64,000 nt of DNA from a bacterium (GTDB taxonomy: Bacteria; UBA8248): positions 544,001-608,000 of the forward strand of contig CBDCRP010000002.1 of assembly GCA_965221165.1 (NCBI GenBank), given 5' to 3'. Positions 19,363 through 28,606 of this stretch are shown in pieces. Position 1 is the first letter of the stretch. Every line of letters starts with the position of its first letter. The position numbers and the translations under genes are program-made. The notes beneath the pieces were generated by a model. The model did no database searches and had not been told where the DNA came from. It worked only from the letters and a program-made list of their open reading frames with translations.

Positions 19363-20867
19363 TTCTCGTATCCCGCGAGGCGCAGCGCCGTGCGGGCCTC
19401 TTCGCGATCGTCAAACGCAGTGCGCTCGGTTCCCAGAATCTGATACGTCTCGTGCCCCTTGCCGGCGATGACCACGGCGTCTCCTTCGCGCGCTTCGGCG
19501 ATGATCGCCCGAATCGCCTCGCGCCTGTCCAGAATGCTGCGCCAACGCCCATCGCTCCCAGGCGCGAGAGCGGCGCCGGATTCCACTTCCCTCAGAATCG
19601 ATGCAGGCTCTTCTGTGCGCGGATTGTCGGAGGTCATCACCACGTAATCGCTCGCCCGCAAGGCGGCGGCGGCCATGAGCGGGCGTTTTTTTCTGTCCCT
19701 GTCGCCCCCGCACCCCATGAGGGTGAGAATTCGCCTCTCCGTGATGGGACGGGCGAACTCCAGCACACGAGCGAGAGCGTCCTCGGTATGCGCGTAATCC
19801 ACCACCACCAGAAAGGGCTGGCCCGAATCTATCTTTTCGAAACGCCCGGGTATGTTCTTCAAAGACGCGATGCCCGCCGCCACTTCATCGAGCGTCAGAC
19901 CCTGCGATAGACACGCCGCCGATGCGGCCAGAATATTGCTCAGGTTATGGCGGCCGATGAGCGCCGTTTCGACCCTCACTCCTCCGGCGGGCGTGAACAT
20001 CTTGAAATTCATGCCCGCAGGAGAACTCGAGAGGTTCTCCGAGCCGAAGTCCGCCCCGGCGTCCAAAGCGTAGGTCCAGACTTTTCCCCTCGCCTCCGCA
20101 GCAATTCTTCTTCCGTAGGCGTCGTCGGTGTTGACGATGGAATTTGCGGGCGAAAAGTCTTGGAACAGCCTCAGTTTCGCCTGGAAATAAGACTCCATGT
20201 CGCCATGAAAATCGAGATGGTCCTGGGTGAGGTTACTGAACACCGCCGCCTGAAACTCACAGCCGAGCAGCCTGCCGAGAGCCAGTCCATGGCTCGACAC
20301 TTCCATCACGGCATGGGAGGCGCCGGCATCCGCCATGCGGCGCAGATACCGCTGGAGGTCGGGGCCTTCCGAAGAGGTGCGCGGCTCCTCGAACACCTCA
20401 TCGCCCACACGGTAATGAATCGTCCCCATCAAGCCGGTGCGCCTGCCCGAGGAGCGGAGAATCGAATCGATGAGAAACGCGGTGGTCGTCTTCCCGTTGG
20501 TGCCCGTGACGCCGATGAGCGCCAGCTCTCCGGAGGGATGCCCGTAAAACGCATCGCCGATGCGGGATAAGGCCTCACGACACGAAGGCGCGACGAACTG
20601 GGGGATTTCAGGAGAGATACCCTCTATTTTTCTCTCCACGACGAGAGCGGCGGCGCCCCCCTCAACCGCGTCTTTGGCAAAACCGTGTCCATCGGCCTGG
20701 AAACCCGCCACCGCGACGAAGACGTCGCCCGAGCGGACGAGGCGCGAATCGTAGGCCACGCCGGAGATTTGCGCGGAAAAATCTCCAGCGGCCTTCGCGC
20801 CGGGCATCGTCCGAGTCAATTCCTCGAATGAGGCGCTTTTCTCACTCACAACCATCACCCCGCTCAA
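19359..20867 (-). CDS. murE: UDP-MurNAc-dipeptide--diaminopimelate ligase
   Basis: GTNGKTT, MEVSSH, DYAHT, DNPR (meso-DAP-specific) and AGKGHE motifs. Confidence 0.96.
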   Translation of the reverse strand: MSGVMVVSEKSASFEELTRTMPGAKAAGDFSAQISGVAYDSRLVRSGDVFVAVAGFQADGHGFAKDAVEGGAAALVVERKIEGISPEIPQFVAPSCREALSRIGDAFYGHPSGELALIGVTGTNGKTTTAFLIDSILRSSGRRTGLMGTIHYRVGDEVFEEPRTSSEGPDLQRYLRRMADAGASHAVMEVSSHGLALGRLLGCEFQAAVFSNLTQDHLDFHGDMESYFQAKLRLFQDFSPANSIVNTDDAYGRRIAAEARGKVWTYALDAGADFGSENLSSSPAGMNFKMFTPAGGVRVETALIGRHNLSNILAASAACLSQGLTLDEVAAGIASLKNIPGRFEKIDSGQPFLVVVDYAHTEDALARVLEFARPITERRILTLMGCGGDRDRKKRPLMAAAALRASDYVVMTSDNPRTEEPASILREVESGAALAPGSDGRWRSILDRREAIRAIIAEAREGDAVVIAGKGHETYQILGTERTAFDDREEARTALRLAGYEK

Positions 20868-22717
20868 CGCACCGCATCCCGTAAAGCCGCCATCGAGCGG
20901 TCGCCATGCAGATAAAGGCGAACCTCCCTTGCGGCGTCAAAAATCTTCTCGCCTATCGTTCGATTCCCATTCTCCACATTGGCGCGAACGCGGACCCGGG
21001 GGCGCGAATCCGCCACCTGCAGAATCCTCGTCCCCTTCGGGGGCACGCGCATATAGCGCAGCGCCTGCCAGGCGATTCGCCGCCAAACCGGCGCCGCGAC
21101 CGTTCCCCCCCACGCGCCTCCGGGCGCACGGCCCTCATCGAAGATAACGATGAGGGCGAAGCGGGGATTCTCGTAGGGAGCGAAACCCACGAACGACATG
21201 ATGAAATCCGACCGACTGTAACCCCTCCGGCCCGGGAGAACCTTCTGCGCCGTACCCGTTTTTCCCGCGGCTCCATAGCCTGGAATTTCGGCCCTTCGCC
21301 CCGTGCCCTCGGCCACGACCTTCCTCAATAAGGCGCCGAGGCGCTTCGCCACGCGGCGAGAGAGGACGCGCCTGAACTGCGGTCCCTGGGCCGGAATCGT
21401 CCTTTTTCCGTCGCGTTCGATGGACTCGTGCAAAACGGGCTTGGGCATCTGGCCGCCGTTCGCCACAGCGGCTACGGTCATCACCATTTGAAGCGGGGTG
21501 ACGCCCACTTCCTGGCCGATGGATACCGCCGCCAATGAGGTTTTCGACCATTTCTCCGGCGAGCGGAGCACGCCCCGGGCTTCTCCGGGAAAATTGATTC
21601 CCGTCTTGCGGCCGAAACCAAACCGGTGCGCCATGAAGTAAAGCGGATGTTTTCCGATATCCCTCGCCATCTTGAAAGCGCCGATGTTCGATGATTTCAC
21701 AATCGCCTGCTCGGCGGTGAGCCAGCCGTATTTTTTGTGATCGCGGAGGGTGTAGCGCCCCCCTCCAAACTGGTAGGAGCCGTTTTCCGCGAAATACTTC
21801 TTGGAGAGCGATGCGCCCGCGTCCAGATAGGCCGCCGCCGTGACGATCTTGAACGTCGAGCCGGGTTCGTAGTACTCCTGGATGGCGGGTTCTTTCCAAA
21901 GGGATGCGCCATAAAGTTTATACGTGTTGGGGTTAAACCCCGGCACGGACGCCAAGGCCAGAATTCTTCCGCTGTGGGGCTCGACCATCACCCCGATGGC
22001 GCGCCGCGCGCCCACCCGGCGAACCTGTGCGCTCAACTCTTTTTCGACGATGTACTGGAGCACTTCATCGATAGTGAGGCGAACATCCGCGCCCGGCCGC
22101 GGAGCCACCAGAACCCGCGCTTCGGGGTGAACCGACCTCCCCTTCGCGTCGCGCTGGATGCGTATGCGGCCCACACGCCCGCCCATATGGCTTTGGTAAG
22201 ACTGCTCGACGCCATACATACCCGCGTCATCAACACCGACGAAGCCGACCAAAGATGAGGCGAGTTCACGCTTGGGATAAAACCGCCTGCTCTCGGTGAC
22301 GAAACCCAGACCCCCGATCCCTAACTTTTCGATCCTTCTTTGCTTCTCCGGGTTGATCTTACGCTTGAGCCATACATATCTTCGGCGACCGTTCAACTTT
22401 TCAAAATAATCTTCCTTCGAGCCACCCAGAATCTCCTTGAGCGCCAGCGAGGTATTCCAGGGATCGGCCACTTCCCTGGCGTTGGCGAACAAAGATGGCG
22501 CGTTGATGCTCACCGCCAAAGGGCGGCCCCTCACGTCCACGACGTCTCCGCGCCTGGGGCGTACCAAGAGGGTGCGGCGCAATTGGCGCTCCGCATAGGC
22601 CACGAGGCGATCCCTGTCTCGGATCTGGATGATGAAGAGCTTGACGCCCAACATGCAAAATCCAAAAACCACGAAGAAGCCGCAAATCAACAAGCGGTGA
22701 GAGAAGCCCTTTTTCAT
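20864..22717 (-). CDS. ftsI: Class B PBP FtsI (PBP3)
   Basis: N-terminal TM helix, R.YP, EPGSTFK (SxxK), SSN and KTGTAQ motifs. Confidence 0.95.
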   Translation of the reverse strand: MKKGFSHRLLICGFFVVFGFCMLGVKLFIIQIRDRDRLVAYAERQLRRTLLVRPRRGDVVDVRGRPLAVSINAPSLFANAREVADPWNTSLALKEILGGSKEDYFEKLNGRRRYVWLKRKINPEKQRRIEKLGIGGLGFVTESRRFYPKRELASSLVGFVGVDDAGMYGVEQSYQSHMGGRVGRIRIQRDAKGRSVHPEARVLVAPRPGADVRLTIDEVLQYIVEKELSAQVRRVGARRAIGVMVEPHSGRILALASVPGFNPNTYKLYGASLWKEPAIQEYYEPGSTFKIVTAAAYLDAGASLSKKYFAENGSYQFGGGRYTLRDHKKYGWLTAEQAIVKSSNIGAFKMARDIGKHPLYFMAHRFGFGRKTGINFPGEARGVLRSPEKWSKTSLAAVSIGQEVGVTPLQMVMTVAAVANGGQMPKPVLHESIERDGKRTIPAQGPQFRRVLSRRVAKRLGALLRKVVAEGTGRRAEIPGYGAAGKTGTAQKVLPGRRGYSRSDFIMSFVGFAPYENPRFALIVIFDEGRAPGGAWGGTVAAPVWRRIAWQALRYMRVPPKGTRILQVADSRPRVRVRANVENGNRTIGEKIFDAAREVRLYLHGDRSMAALRDAVR

Positions 22718-22762
22718 GGGCCAACCTGCTATGGGCGGTGGTAGGAGGAAGGTAGCGTTATT

Positions 22763-23119
22763 CTAACTTCCCGGCCCTACTCTTACATATACTATTTGTT
22801 CGGGCCTAGGGAAAACCATTTTCATCTTTTTTCGCGCAATCGACTCGATTCTATCCAACTGGCGAAGTGCGGCCACCTCGATCCGCAGAACACGCCTCTC
22901 CTGCAAGAGCTTTTCTCTTTGACGCTCCAGGCGCGCCAGATGATATCCGATTCGCACCATTTCCAGATGCGGCCACACCAATACGACGGCGCTGCACGCG
23001 ATGAAAGTGATGCACAAACCGGCCTTGAGTAACGAAACACCCGAACCGACAGACGCCTCGCTGTAAAACCGCGCGCCAAATCTCTCTCGCCACCCGCTCC
23101 GGACTTTCGAGCGCCTCAT
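22763..23119 (-). CDS. ftsL: Cell division protein FtsL
   Basis: TM helix plus leucine-zipper coiled coil and RIESIA...M..P motif, between rsmH and ftsI. Confidence 0.85.
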   Translation of the reverse strand: MRRSKVRSGWRERFGARFYSEASVGSGVSLLKAGLCITFIACSAVVLVWPHLEMVRIGYHLARLERQREKLLQERRVLRIEVAALRQLDRIESIARKKMKMVFPRPEQIVYVRVGPGS

Positions 23120-23122
23120 CCC

Positions 23123-24040
23123 CTAGTCTCCGTTGAGGCGTTCGGCCGCGCGAAGTTTCGCGCTGCGGCTGCGCGGGTTTTCTCTCACTTCCGAATCACT
23201 GGGCCGAACGACCTTCCGGGTCAGGAATCGGAGGGTCGGCTCCTCACCGCCCGAGAGTTCGCGAAAGAGATTTTTGACGATCCTGTCTTCGAGCGAATGA
23301 AAGCTGATGACGACGACCCGCCCGCCCGGGCGCAGAAGATCCACCGCATCGCGCAAGGAGTCCTCCAGGGTCTCCATCTCACGGTTCACGGCGATCCGCA
23401 GCGCCTGGAACGTCCGGGTCGCAGGGTGAATGCGCCAACTTCTCCCGCGGCGGCCGCTTCTTCTGGCTGCGACCGTGGCGATGAGCGATGCGAGTTCATC
23501 GCAACGCCTCACGCCTCCATCCACGCGCGCCCGCCCGATGGCGCGCGCGATGGCGCGGGAGTGGCGCTCTTCCCCATATTGATAGATGAGATCGGCGAGT
23601 TCTTCTTCCGGCAATTGCTCGATCAAATCGGCCGCGGTCGGCCCCTGCATCCGGTCCATTCGCATGTCCAAAGGCTCGGGCGCGTTCATGCGGAACCCGC
23701 GGCCGGGTGTGTCGAGTTGCATCGAAGAAAGGCCGAGGTCGAACAAAACGCCATCCACCGACGCATATCCCTCGGCTCTCACGATGCGATTCATTTCGCC
23801 ATGATGCACATGATGTATTCTGGCGGCAGGCCCATATTTCGCCAGCCGCTTCTTGCAGATATCGACAGCATCCCGGTCCCGGTCACAGCCGATCAGCACA
23901 CCCGATGGCTGAACCGCATCCAAAACCGCGCCGCCATGTCCCCCTCCGCCCAAGGTAGTATCTAAGAACACAGCGCCCGGAGATGGCGCCAGGAAGCGCA
24001 AGACCTCCTGAACCATGACCGGGACGTGAGATGCCGTCAT
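23123..24040 (-). CDS. rsmH: 16S rRNA m4C1402 methyltransferase
   Basis: HVPVM, GGGGH, DLGLSS.QLD, LDMRM, FQALRIAVN, FHSLEDR and NPRSRSAKLR motifs; start uncertain (24040 to 24115). Confidence 0.96.
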   Translation of the reverse strand: MTASHVPVMVQEVLRFLAPSPGAVFLDTTLGGGGHGGAVLDAVQPSGVLIGCDRDRDAVDICKKRLAKYGPAARIHHVHHGEMNRIVRAEGYASVDGVLFDLGLSSMQLDTPGRGFRMNAPEPLDMRMDRMQGPTAADLIEQLPEEELADLIYQYGEERHSRAIARAIGRARVDGGVRRCDELASLIATVAARRSGRRGRSWRIHPATRTFQALRIAVNREMETLEDSLRDAVDLLRPGGRVVVISFHSLEDRIVKNLFRELSGGEEPTLRFLTRKVVRPSDSEVRENPRSRSAKLRAAERLNGD

Positions 24041-24139
24041 GTCCACGTTTTCACCGCAAAAATGTTCCTCTGCGGCGTATTCGCTTGAAATTGGTTTTTC
24101 TAGTGCGGCAAACACCCCCGCTCCCCCTTTGAGCCCGCA

Positions 24140-24598
24140 TCAGAATTCGAATTCGATCAAATCTTCAGCAGACTCCTCATCGACAGCCTCGGACTTCCCA
24201 TCGTCCACTTCACCCATTTCCTCATTCCATTTCGCCTTGCCCCAAATCTCCAGCCTGTTTTCGATGCCCGCAACGATGGCCTCTTTCTCGATGGAAGAAC
24301 TCGCACGCAGTTTGGCGGGCAGCAGGATCCTGCCTTGTCGATCGAACTCGCACGATTCTGCGCGGCCGTAGAGCCTCCGGAGAGTGCGGCGAACCTCTTT
24401 GGACGAGGTCGAGAGTTCCTCGAGTTTCTCGCTGAACTTGCGTTTCCATTCCTGTACGGGGTAGACGAAAATGCAGCCGTCCTTGCTGATGAGAATGACC
24501 TGGTCGCCGTAAGTGGCGCTCAGATGCTCCCTGTACCGCGCTGGAATATTGACGCGGCCTTTTGCATCGACTGATACCGGATGGGAACTGATAAGCAT
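24140..24598 (-). CDS. mraZ: dcw cluster repressor MraZ
   Basis: Two DxxGR motifs (DAKGR, DRQGR), EIW; first gene of the dcw cluster. Confidence 0.95.
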   Translation of the reverse strand: MLISSHPVSVDAKGRVNIPARYREHLSATYGDQVILISKDGCIFVYPVQEWKRKFSEKLEELSTSSKEVRRTLRRLYGRAESCEFDRQGRILLPAKLRASSSIEKEAIVAGIENRLEIWGKAKWNEEMGEVDDGKSEAVDEESAEDLIEFEF

Positions 24599-24611
24599 CC
24601 TGCCTGTACCT

Positions 24612-24636
24612 CCCACTTCACCCCATATTTTCCCAC
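24612..24636 (-). promoter_or_regulatory. MraZ operator, three (G/A)TGGG repeats at 10-bp period
   Basis: Minus strand reads GTGGG-AAAAT-ATGGG-GTGAA-GTGGG, matching the known MraZ box arrangement. Confidence 0.85.
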
Positions 24637-24647
24637 CTAGATTTACA

Positions 24648-24676
24648 TTTATACCCCGCGATAAAATACCTGTCAA
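24648..24676 (-). promoter_or_regulatory. sigma70 promoter of the dcw cluster
   Basis: TTGACA-N17-TATAAA with an AT-rich upstream region, just before the MraZ boxes. Confidence 0.8.
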
Positions 24677-24881
24677 CATGAAAATTAAAAAAAGAGAGAA
24701 AAATCAATGATTTCTATATAAAAAGGAAAAGAGAGACATCAAATGTTTCAGGGTATTTTTGCCCTTAAAATATAAAGTACTACTTTAATAAATTAGTTTT
24801 AATTTATTGAAGTTAAAATTAAAAAAAATATAGGTGGGTAATAGTGGGGAACATATAGAAGCAGAAAGAAAAAAGGATTTT

Positions 24882-25595
24882 CTACGAGGAAGAAAAAAGG
24901 ACGAGCATCATGGTCTCGACGATTTCGCATGTGGCGCCAGGCGCATCTCTCGCGCTTTTATCCGATTTATCGAGCAGGCGCTTCAGTCCCCATGCGACGC
25001 ACAGGGCGACAACGGCCAGGAGAATACCCCACAACCGTCCCAGCAGGAGGCAAAGCAGGAAAGACCAACCCAGCGCGAAATATCCTTCGCGCGGGCTTGG
25101 GGGTCGGGCGAACACCCGGCGGTCACCCTCCTCATCTTTCAGAGGGGGTGGCGACGCGATGAGGTACGCCATCGCCGCGCGGGCGAGGATGGGAGACAGT
25201 ATGAGTGCGAGATATCGATCATTTCCCTGAAGTTCACTCAAAGAGACGAATTTGAGCAAGAGCGCGCCGGTGAAGAGTGCAACGCCCACGGAGCCGAGGG
25301 ACGCCTCTTTTGCAAGGCTTCCAGACCCCAGCGCGTCCGCGAAATCGGACAACCCGCCCAGGTGAAGACCCCGGGTCAACACAACGAGCGCGATGATGAG
25401 CAGGGCGCTGCGCACCGAAATGGTAAAAGCGCTCGCGAGTACCCAGTCCAAAAGGATGAGGATACCCCCGATAAGGAGGCCAACGAACGGAAAACACACG
25501 AGGGCGCGCGCCGTATCTTCCGCTTCCGGCTCACGAGGCGCGCCCGGCCATGGCAAAACCGTCAAAAATCTTATGGCCAACGCCAGCGCCTTCAT
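24882..25595 (-). CDS. cobS: Adenosylcobinamide-GDP ribazoletransferase-like membrane protein (divergent)
   Basis: A..FLT.LP, FP.VGL.IG and LT.GLH..GL.D..D.L motifs; several motifs degenerate. Confidence 0.8.
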   Translation of the reverse strand: MKALALAIRFLTVLPWPGAPREPEAEDTARALVCFPFVGLLIGGILILLDWVLASAFTISVRSALLIIALVVLTRGLHLGGLSDFADALGSGSLAKEASLGSVGVALFTGALLLKFVSLSELQGNDRYLALILSPILARAAMAYLIASPPPLKDEEGDRRVFARPPSPREGYFALGWSFLLCLLLGRLWGILLAVVALCVAWGLKRLLDKSDKSARDAPGATCEIVETMMLVLFSSS

Positions 25596-25661
25596 CAGCC
25601 GTCCTCCCCCCAGAATCAGCTCCCTGAACAAAATCCGAAAGCTACGCGCGGATGAGGGAAA

Positions 25662-26534
25662 TCAAAAACAATGTTCTTCCCCGGGAAACTCGCCTTCGCG
25701 CACCTCCCGGCAGTAGCGCGCTATCGCTTCCGTAGTCATCTGACCGACATCGGCGTAGACCCTGACGAATTTCGGCGTGAAGTCGTGAAACAGGCGAAGC
25801 ATGTCGTGGGTGACGAGCACCTGGCCATCGCAATCGGGACCCGCGCCAATGCCGATGGTGGGAATATCGATCTCCCGAGTCACACGAGCACCCAGGGCCG
25901 CCGGTATGCCTTCGAGCACGATGGAAAACGCGCCGCCCTCCTGCACGGCCACCGCGTCGCACAGCACCTGATCCGCTCCTTCATCGGTTTTTCCCTGCAC
26001 CTTGAAGCCGCCGAACGTATGGACGCTTTGGGGCGTGAGGCCCACGTGTCCCATCACAGGAATCTGGCTGTCCACCACCGCGCGTATCTCGTCTTTGACG
26101 CGAACGCCGCCTTCGAGTTTCACCGCCTCGGCACAGCCTTCCTGGATAAGACGACCAGCGTTCAGGATGGTGTCGCGCACGCTGACCCCGAAGGTCAGGA
26201 ATGGCAGATCGGCCACGAGCAACGCCTTGGGATTCGCGCGGCTCACTGCGCGGGTGTGGTGAACCATGTCGTCCAGGGTCACTTTCGTCGTGTCGGGATA
26301 CCCCAGAACCACCATGCCCAGGCTATCGCCGACCAGGATGACATCCACTTCGGAGTCATCCACGAGTTTCGCCGTGGGGTAATCATACGCGGTGACAGAG
26401 GTGATCTTCTTCCCGCCCTTGCGCGCCCGGATGATGGCGGTGGTGATTTTCTTGCGCGCTTTCTTGGGTGCGCCGTTTCCGTTGGTGGAGTTTTTACCGT
26501 TTGAATGCAGCTTGGCGAGACTTTTTGTGCTCAT
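25662..26534 (-). CDS. panB: 3-methyl-2-oxobutanoate hydroxymethyltransferase
   Basis: TAYD, LVGDSLGM, AVKLEGG, GHVGLTPQ and IGIGAG..CDGQVLV motifs. Confidence 0.97.
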   Translation of the reverse strand: MSTKSLAKLHSNGKNSTNGNGAPKKARKKITTAIIRARKGGKKITSVTAYDYPTAKLVDDSEVDVILVGDSLGMVVLGYPDTTKVTLDDMVHHTRAVSRANPKALLVADLPFLTFGVSVRDTILNAGRLIQEGCAEAVKLEGGVRVKDEIRAVVDSQIPVMGHVGLTPQSVHTFGGFKVQGKTDEGADQVLCDAVAVQEGGAFSIVLEGIPAALGARVTREIDIPTIGIGAGPDCDGQVLVTHDMLRLFHDFTPKFVRVYADVGQMTTEAIARYCREVREGEFPGEEHCF

Positions 26535-26597
26535 GGTCGCTCCCTCTTGGGTGAACGCCTGTTAGAAGGCCAAGTTTGATTTTCTATTGTTTCCGAC

Positions 26598-26627
26598 CGT
26601 GTCCAGGGCCAGCCAGCTCCCGGCACG
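26598..26627 (-). ncRNA. pan RNA motif-like hairpin in the panB leader
   Basis: CGUG-CCGGG-A-GC-(UGGCUG)-GC-CCUGG-A-CACG: a stem with two bulged A residues on opposite strands, about 63 nt upstream of panB. Confidence 0.65.
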
Positions 26628-26638
26628 AGTTACAAAGA

Positions 26639-27631
26639 TTATGAATCCTCTCCCTCGATGTCAAGGCGTGTGTCGCCATCAGCACCGGAGGAGGGATCTT
26701 TTTCAAGAGATAATACCCTATAATACAATGATTTATGTGTGGAAAACAAGATGCCTCGCGCATCCGCGCGCTCGATGAAGCGTCCCGTGACCTCGCGAAT
26801 CTCGCTTCGGCGGCCTTTCATCAAATCCTGCCACATGGAATTTCTGTTGCCGGCCGTGGCCCGCGCGGTTTCCCGGACGATCTCCAGAGCGTCGAGCGTC
26901 ATTCCCTCCGCGTCGATGAGCGCTTGTAGCTCCTTCGACAGGGCGTCCACGAGCACCGCGGCGGATGGCGTGTCCAGCAATTCGCCGTTTCTAAGCTCGA
27001 GTGCGGCTCCGAGAGGGTTGATGACGGCGTTGGCCACCGCTTTTCTCCATTCCGCCTCTTTGCCGTCACGTTTTTCGTGAACTCGAACGCCCAGAGGTTC
27101 CAAAAATTCCGCCAATCGCCTCACGAGAGCGGCGTCCTCCACGGCCTCCGGCTCCGGAGCCAAGGTGACATGCAGCGCACCGAACTGGTTCACGTGTCCT
27201 GGTTTCGTGATCTCGGCCCCTGTGTTGACGAGACCCCTCACAATCCCGCGTTCCCGATAAGAAGGCGGAAGATCTGTACAAACGTCCAACCCGTTCGAGA
27301 AAATAGCCGCGATGGTTCCCTCTCCCGCCATTTTTGAAAATTCCGTCGCTGCCGCTGTGATTCGTCCCGCTTTCACGGTGAAAAAAAGATACGATGCCGT
27401 GAGGTTCATGGCTCCAGCGCACACCAGGGGGCGAGCCGTATAGACCGCCTCGCCGTGGACTCTGACGCCGCTATCTTTTATTTCAGCCAGGTGTGCGGAC
27501 GTCTCGGGGCTCGGGTCTTCGGAGCCCGCCAGATAAATTTTTTGCCCAGGGAGATTTCTTTGCAGTTGCGCCGCAAGCATGGTTCCCACGGCGCCGGGGC
27601 CGATGACGACGACGGGACGGGTGTTATCCAA
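26639..27631 (-). CDS. panE: Ketopantoate reductase family protein
   Basis: G.GAVG, TVKA, NG, W.K...N..IN, SMWQD and SEI motifs; adjacent to panB. Confidence 0.88.
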   Translation of the reverse strand: MDNTRPVVVIGPGAVGTMLAAQLQRNLPGQKIYLAGSEDPSPETSAHLAEIKDSGVRVHGEAVYTARPLVCAGAMNLTASYLFFTVKAGRITAAATEFSKMAGEGTIAAIFSNGLDVCTDLPPSYRERGIVRGLVNTGAEITKPGHVNQFGALHVTLAPEPEAVEDAALVRRLAEFLEPLGVRVHEKRDGKEAEWRKAVANAVINPLGAALELRNGELLDTPSAAVLVDALSKELQALIDAEGMTLDALEIVRETARATAGNRNSMWQDLMKGRRSEIREVTGRFIERADARGILFSTHKSLYYRVLSLEKDPSSGADGDTRLDIEGEDS

Positions 27632-27642
27632 GTGGACTCAGC

Positions 27643-28473
27643 CTAACCGCCGAAGGAGCGCCAGAGAAGCAAAGCGCCCACGAAGATGAAGACGAAGGAG
27701 AGAAACACCTTCATCTTCTCGCCGTCGACGCGGTTGTTGATGAAGGGAGATATCTGGCCGCCGCAGGCGACCGCGGGGATCGTCATGAACAGGATGTTCC
27801 AGTGCACGTTCACCTCGCCGGATGAAAACACGTAGGCATGCACCAGGGTGGCGGGCAGCACCGTCGCAAAGACGATCAGTATCCCCGTGCCCACCGCCAC
27901 GCGAACGGGCAGTTTGTCCTTCACGATCAAGGCGGTGGTCGTGAGCTCACCGATGCCGATGCCCGTAAAACCCACGAGAATTCCCCCTAAGGCCGACCAG
28001 CCGTAGCTGAAGGCCCCGTGCTCGTAGCGATACCAGTACCTTCTGCCGGCCGCATCCATCCGGGTGGGTTTTCCGGCGCCTTGCGCCTGTTCCGCTTCCT
28101 GGATTCCGCCCTGGAAGAAAGCGAAGAGCATGGCGGCGGAGAGAAGCACCATCATCCCGCCCAAAAGGCCCAGAATGAGCCTGGCGGGCACCGAATGGGC
28201 CAGAAAACCAAACGCCATACCCACGGGGATGGACACGATGAGCACCTGTTTGGCAATCTCGTAATCTACCAGTCTTCTTCTCATGTAGCCGGTAAGCGCG
28301 CTGCCGAAACCGAAAATCTCGATGGAAAGCGCCAAGAAAACGGCCTCCAGGGGAACGATGGTCACACCCGCCGCCCAGGGAAAGAGGAGGATGAATATGG
28401 GGGCGAAGAAAACCGCGCCCTCCACGCTCGTGCTCGTCGCCGTGAGGCACACGCAAAACGCGACGGGCAGCAT
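27643..28473 (-). CDS. Sulfite exporter TauE/SafE family membrane protein
   Basis: Two internal repeats with G..F.P and G.G.GE...AVGT motifs, about 8 TM helices; start uncertain. Confidence 0.8.
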   Translation of the reverse strand: MLPVAFCVCLTATSTSVEGAVFFAPIFILLFPWAAGVTIVPLEAVFLALSIEIFGFGSALTGYMRRRLVDYEIAKQVLIVSIPVGMAFGFLAHSVPARLILGLLGGMMVLLSAAMLFAFFQGGIQEAEQAQGAGKPTRMDAAGRRYWYRYEHGAFSYGWSALGGILVGFTGIGIGELTTTALIVKDKLPVRVAVGTGILIVFATVLPATLVHAYVFSSGEVNVHWNILFMTIPAVACGGQISPFINNRVDGEKMKVFLSFVFIFVGALLLWRSFGG

Positions 28474-28606
28474 CCATCAGAACTCGAAAATGTATTCAAT
28501 CAAAACGCCGGTCTTCCATTATGACGAACCGATGAGACCAAGATTCGGGCGAATCATCAAAATCGACTTGTTCCGGGCTGGAACGGGGAGACGGTATGGA
28601 GCGTCC

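Noticed and set aside
24660-24880. AT-rich tract as a possible replication origin
   Set aside because: No DnaA-box cluster and no dnaA/dnaN nearby; better explained as the dcw promoter region.
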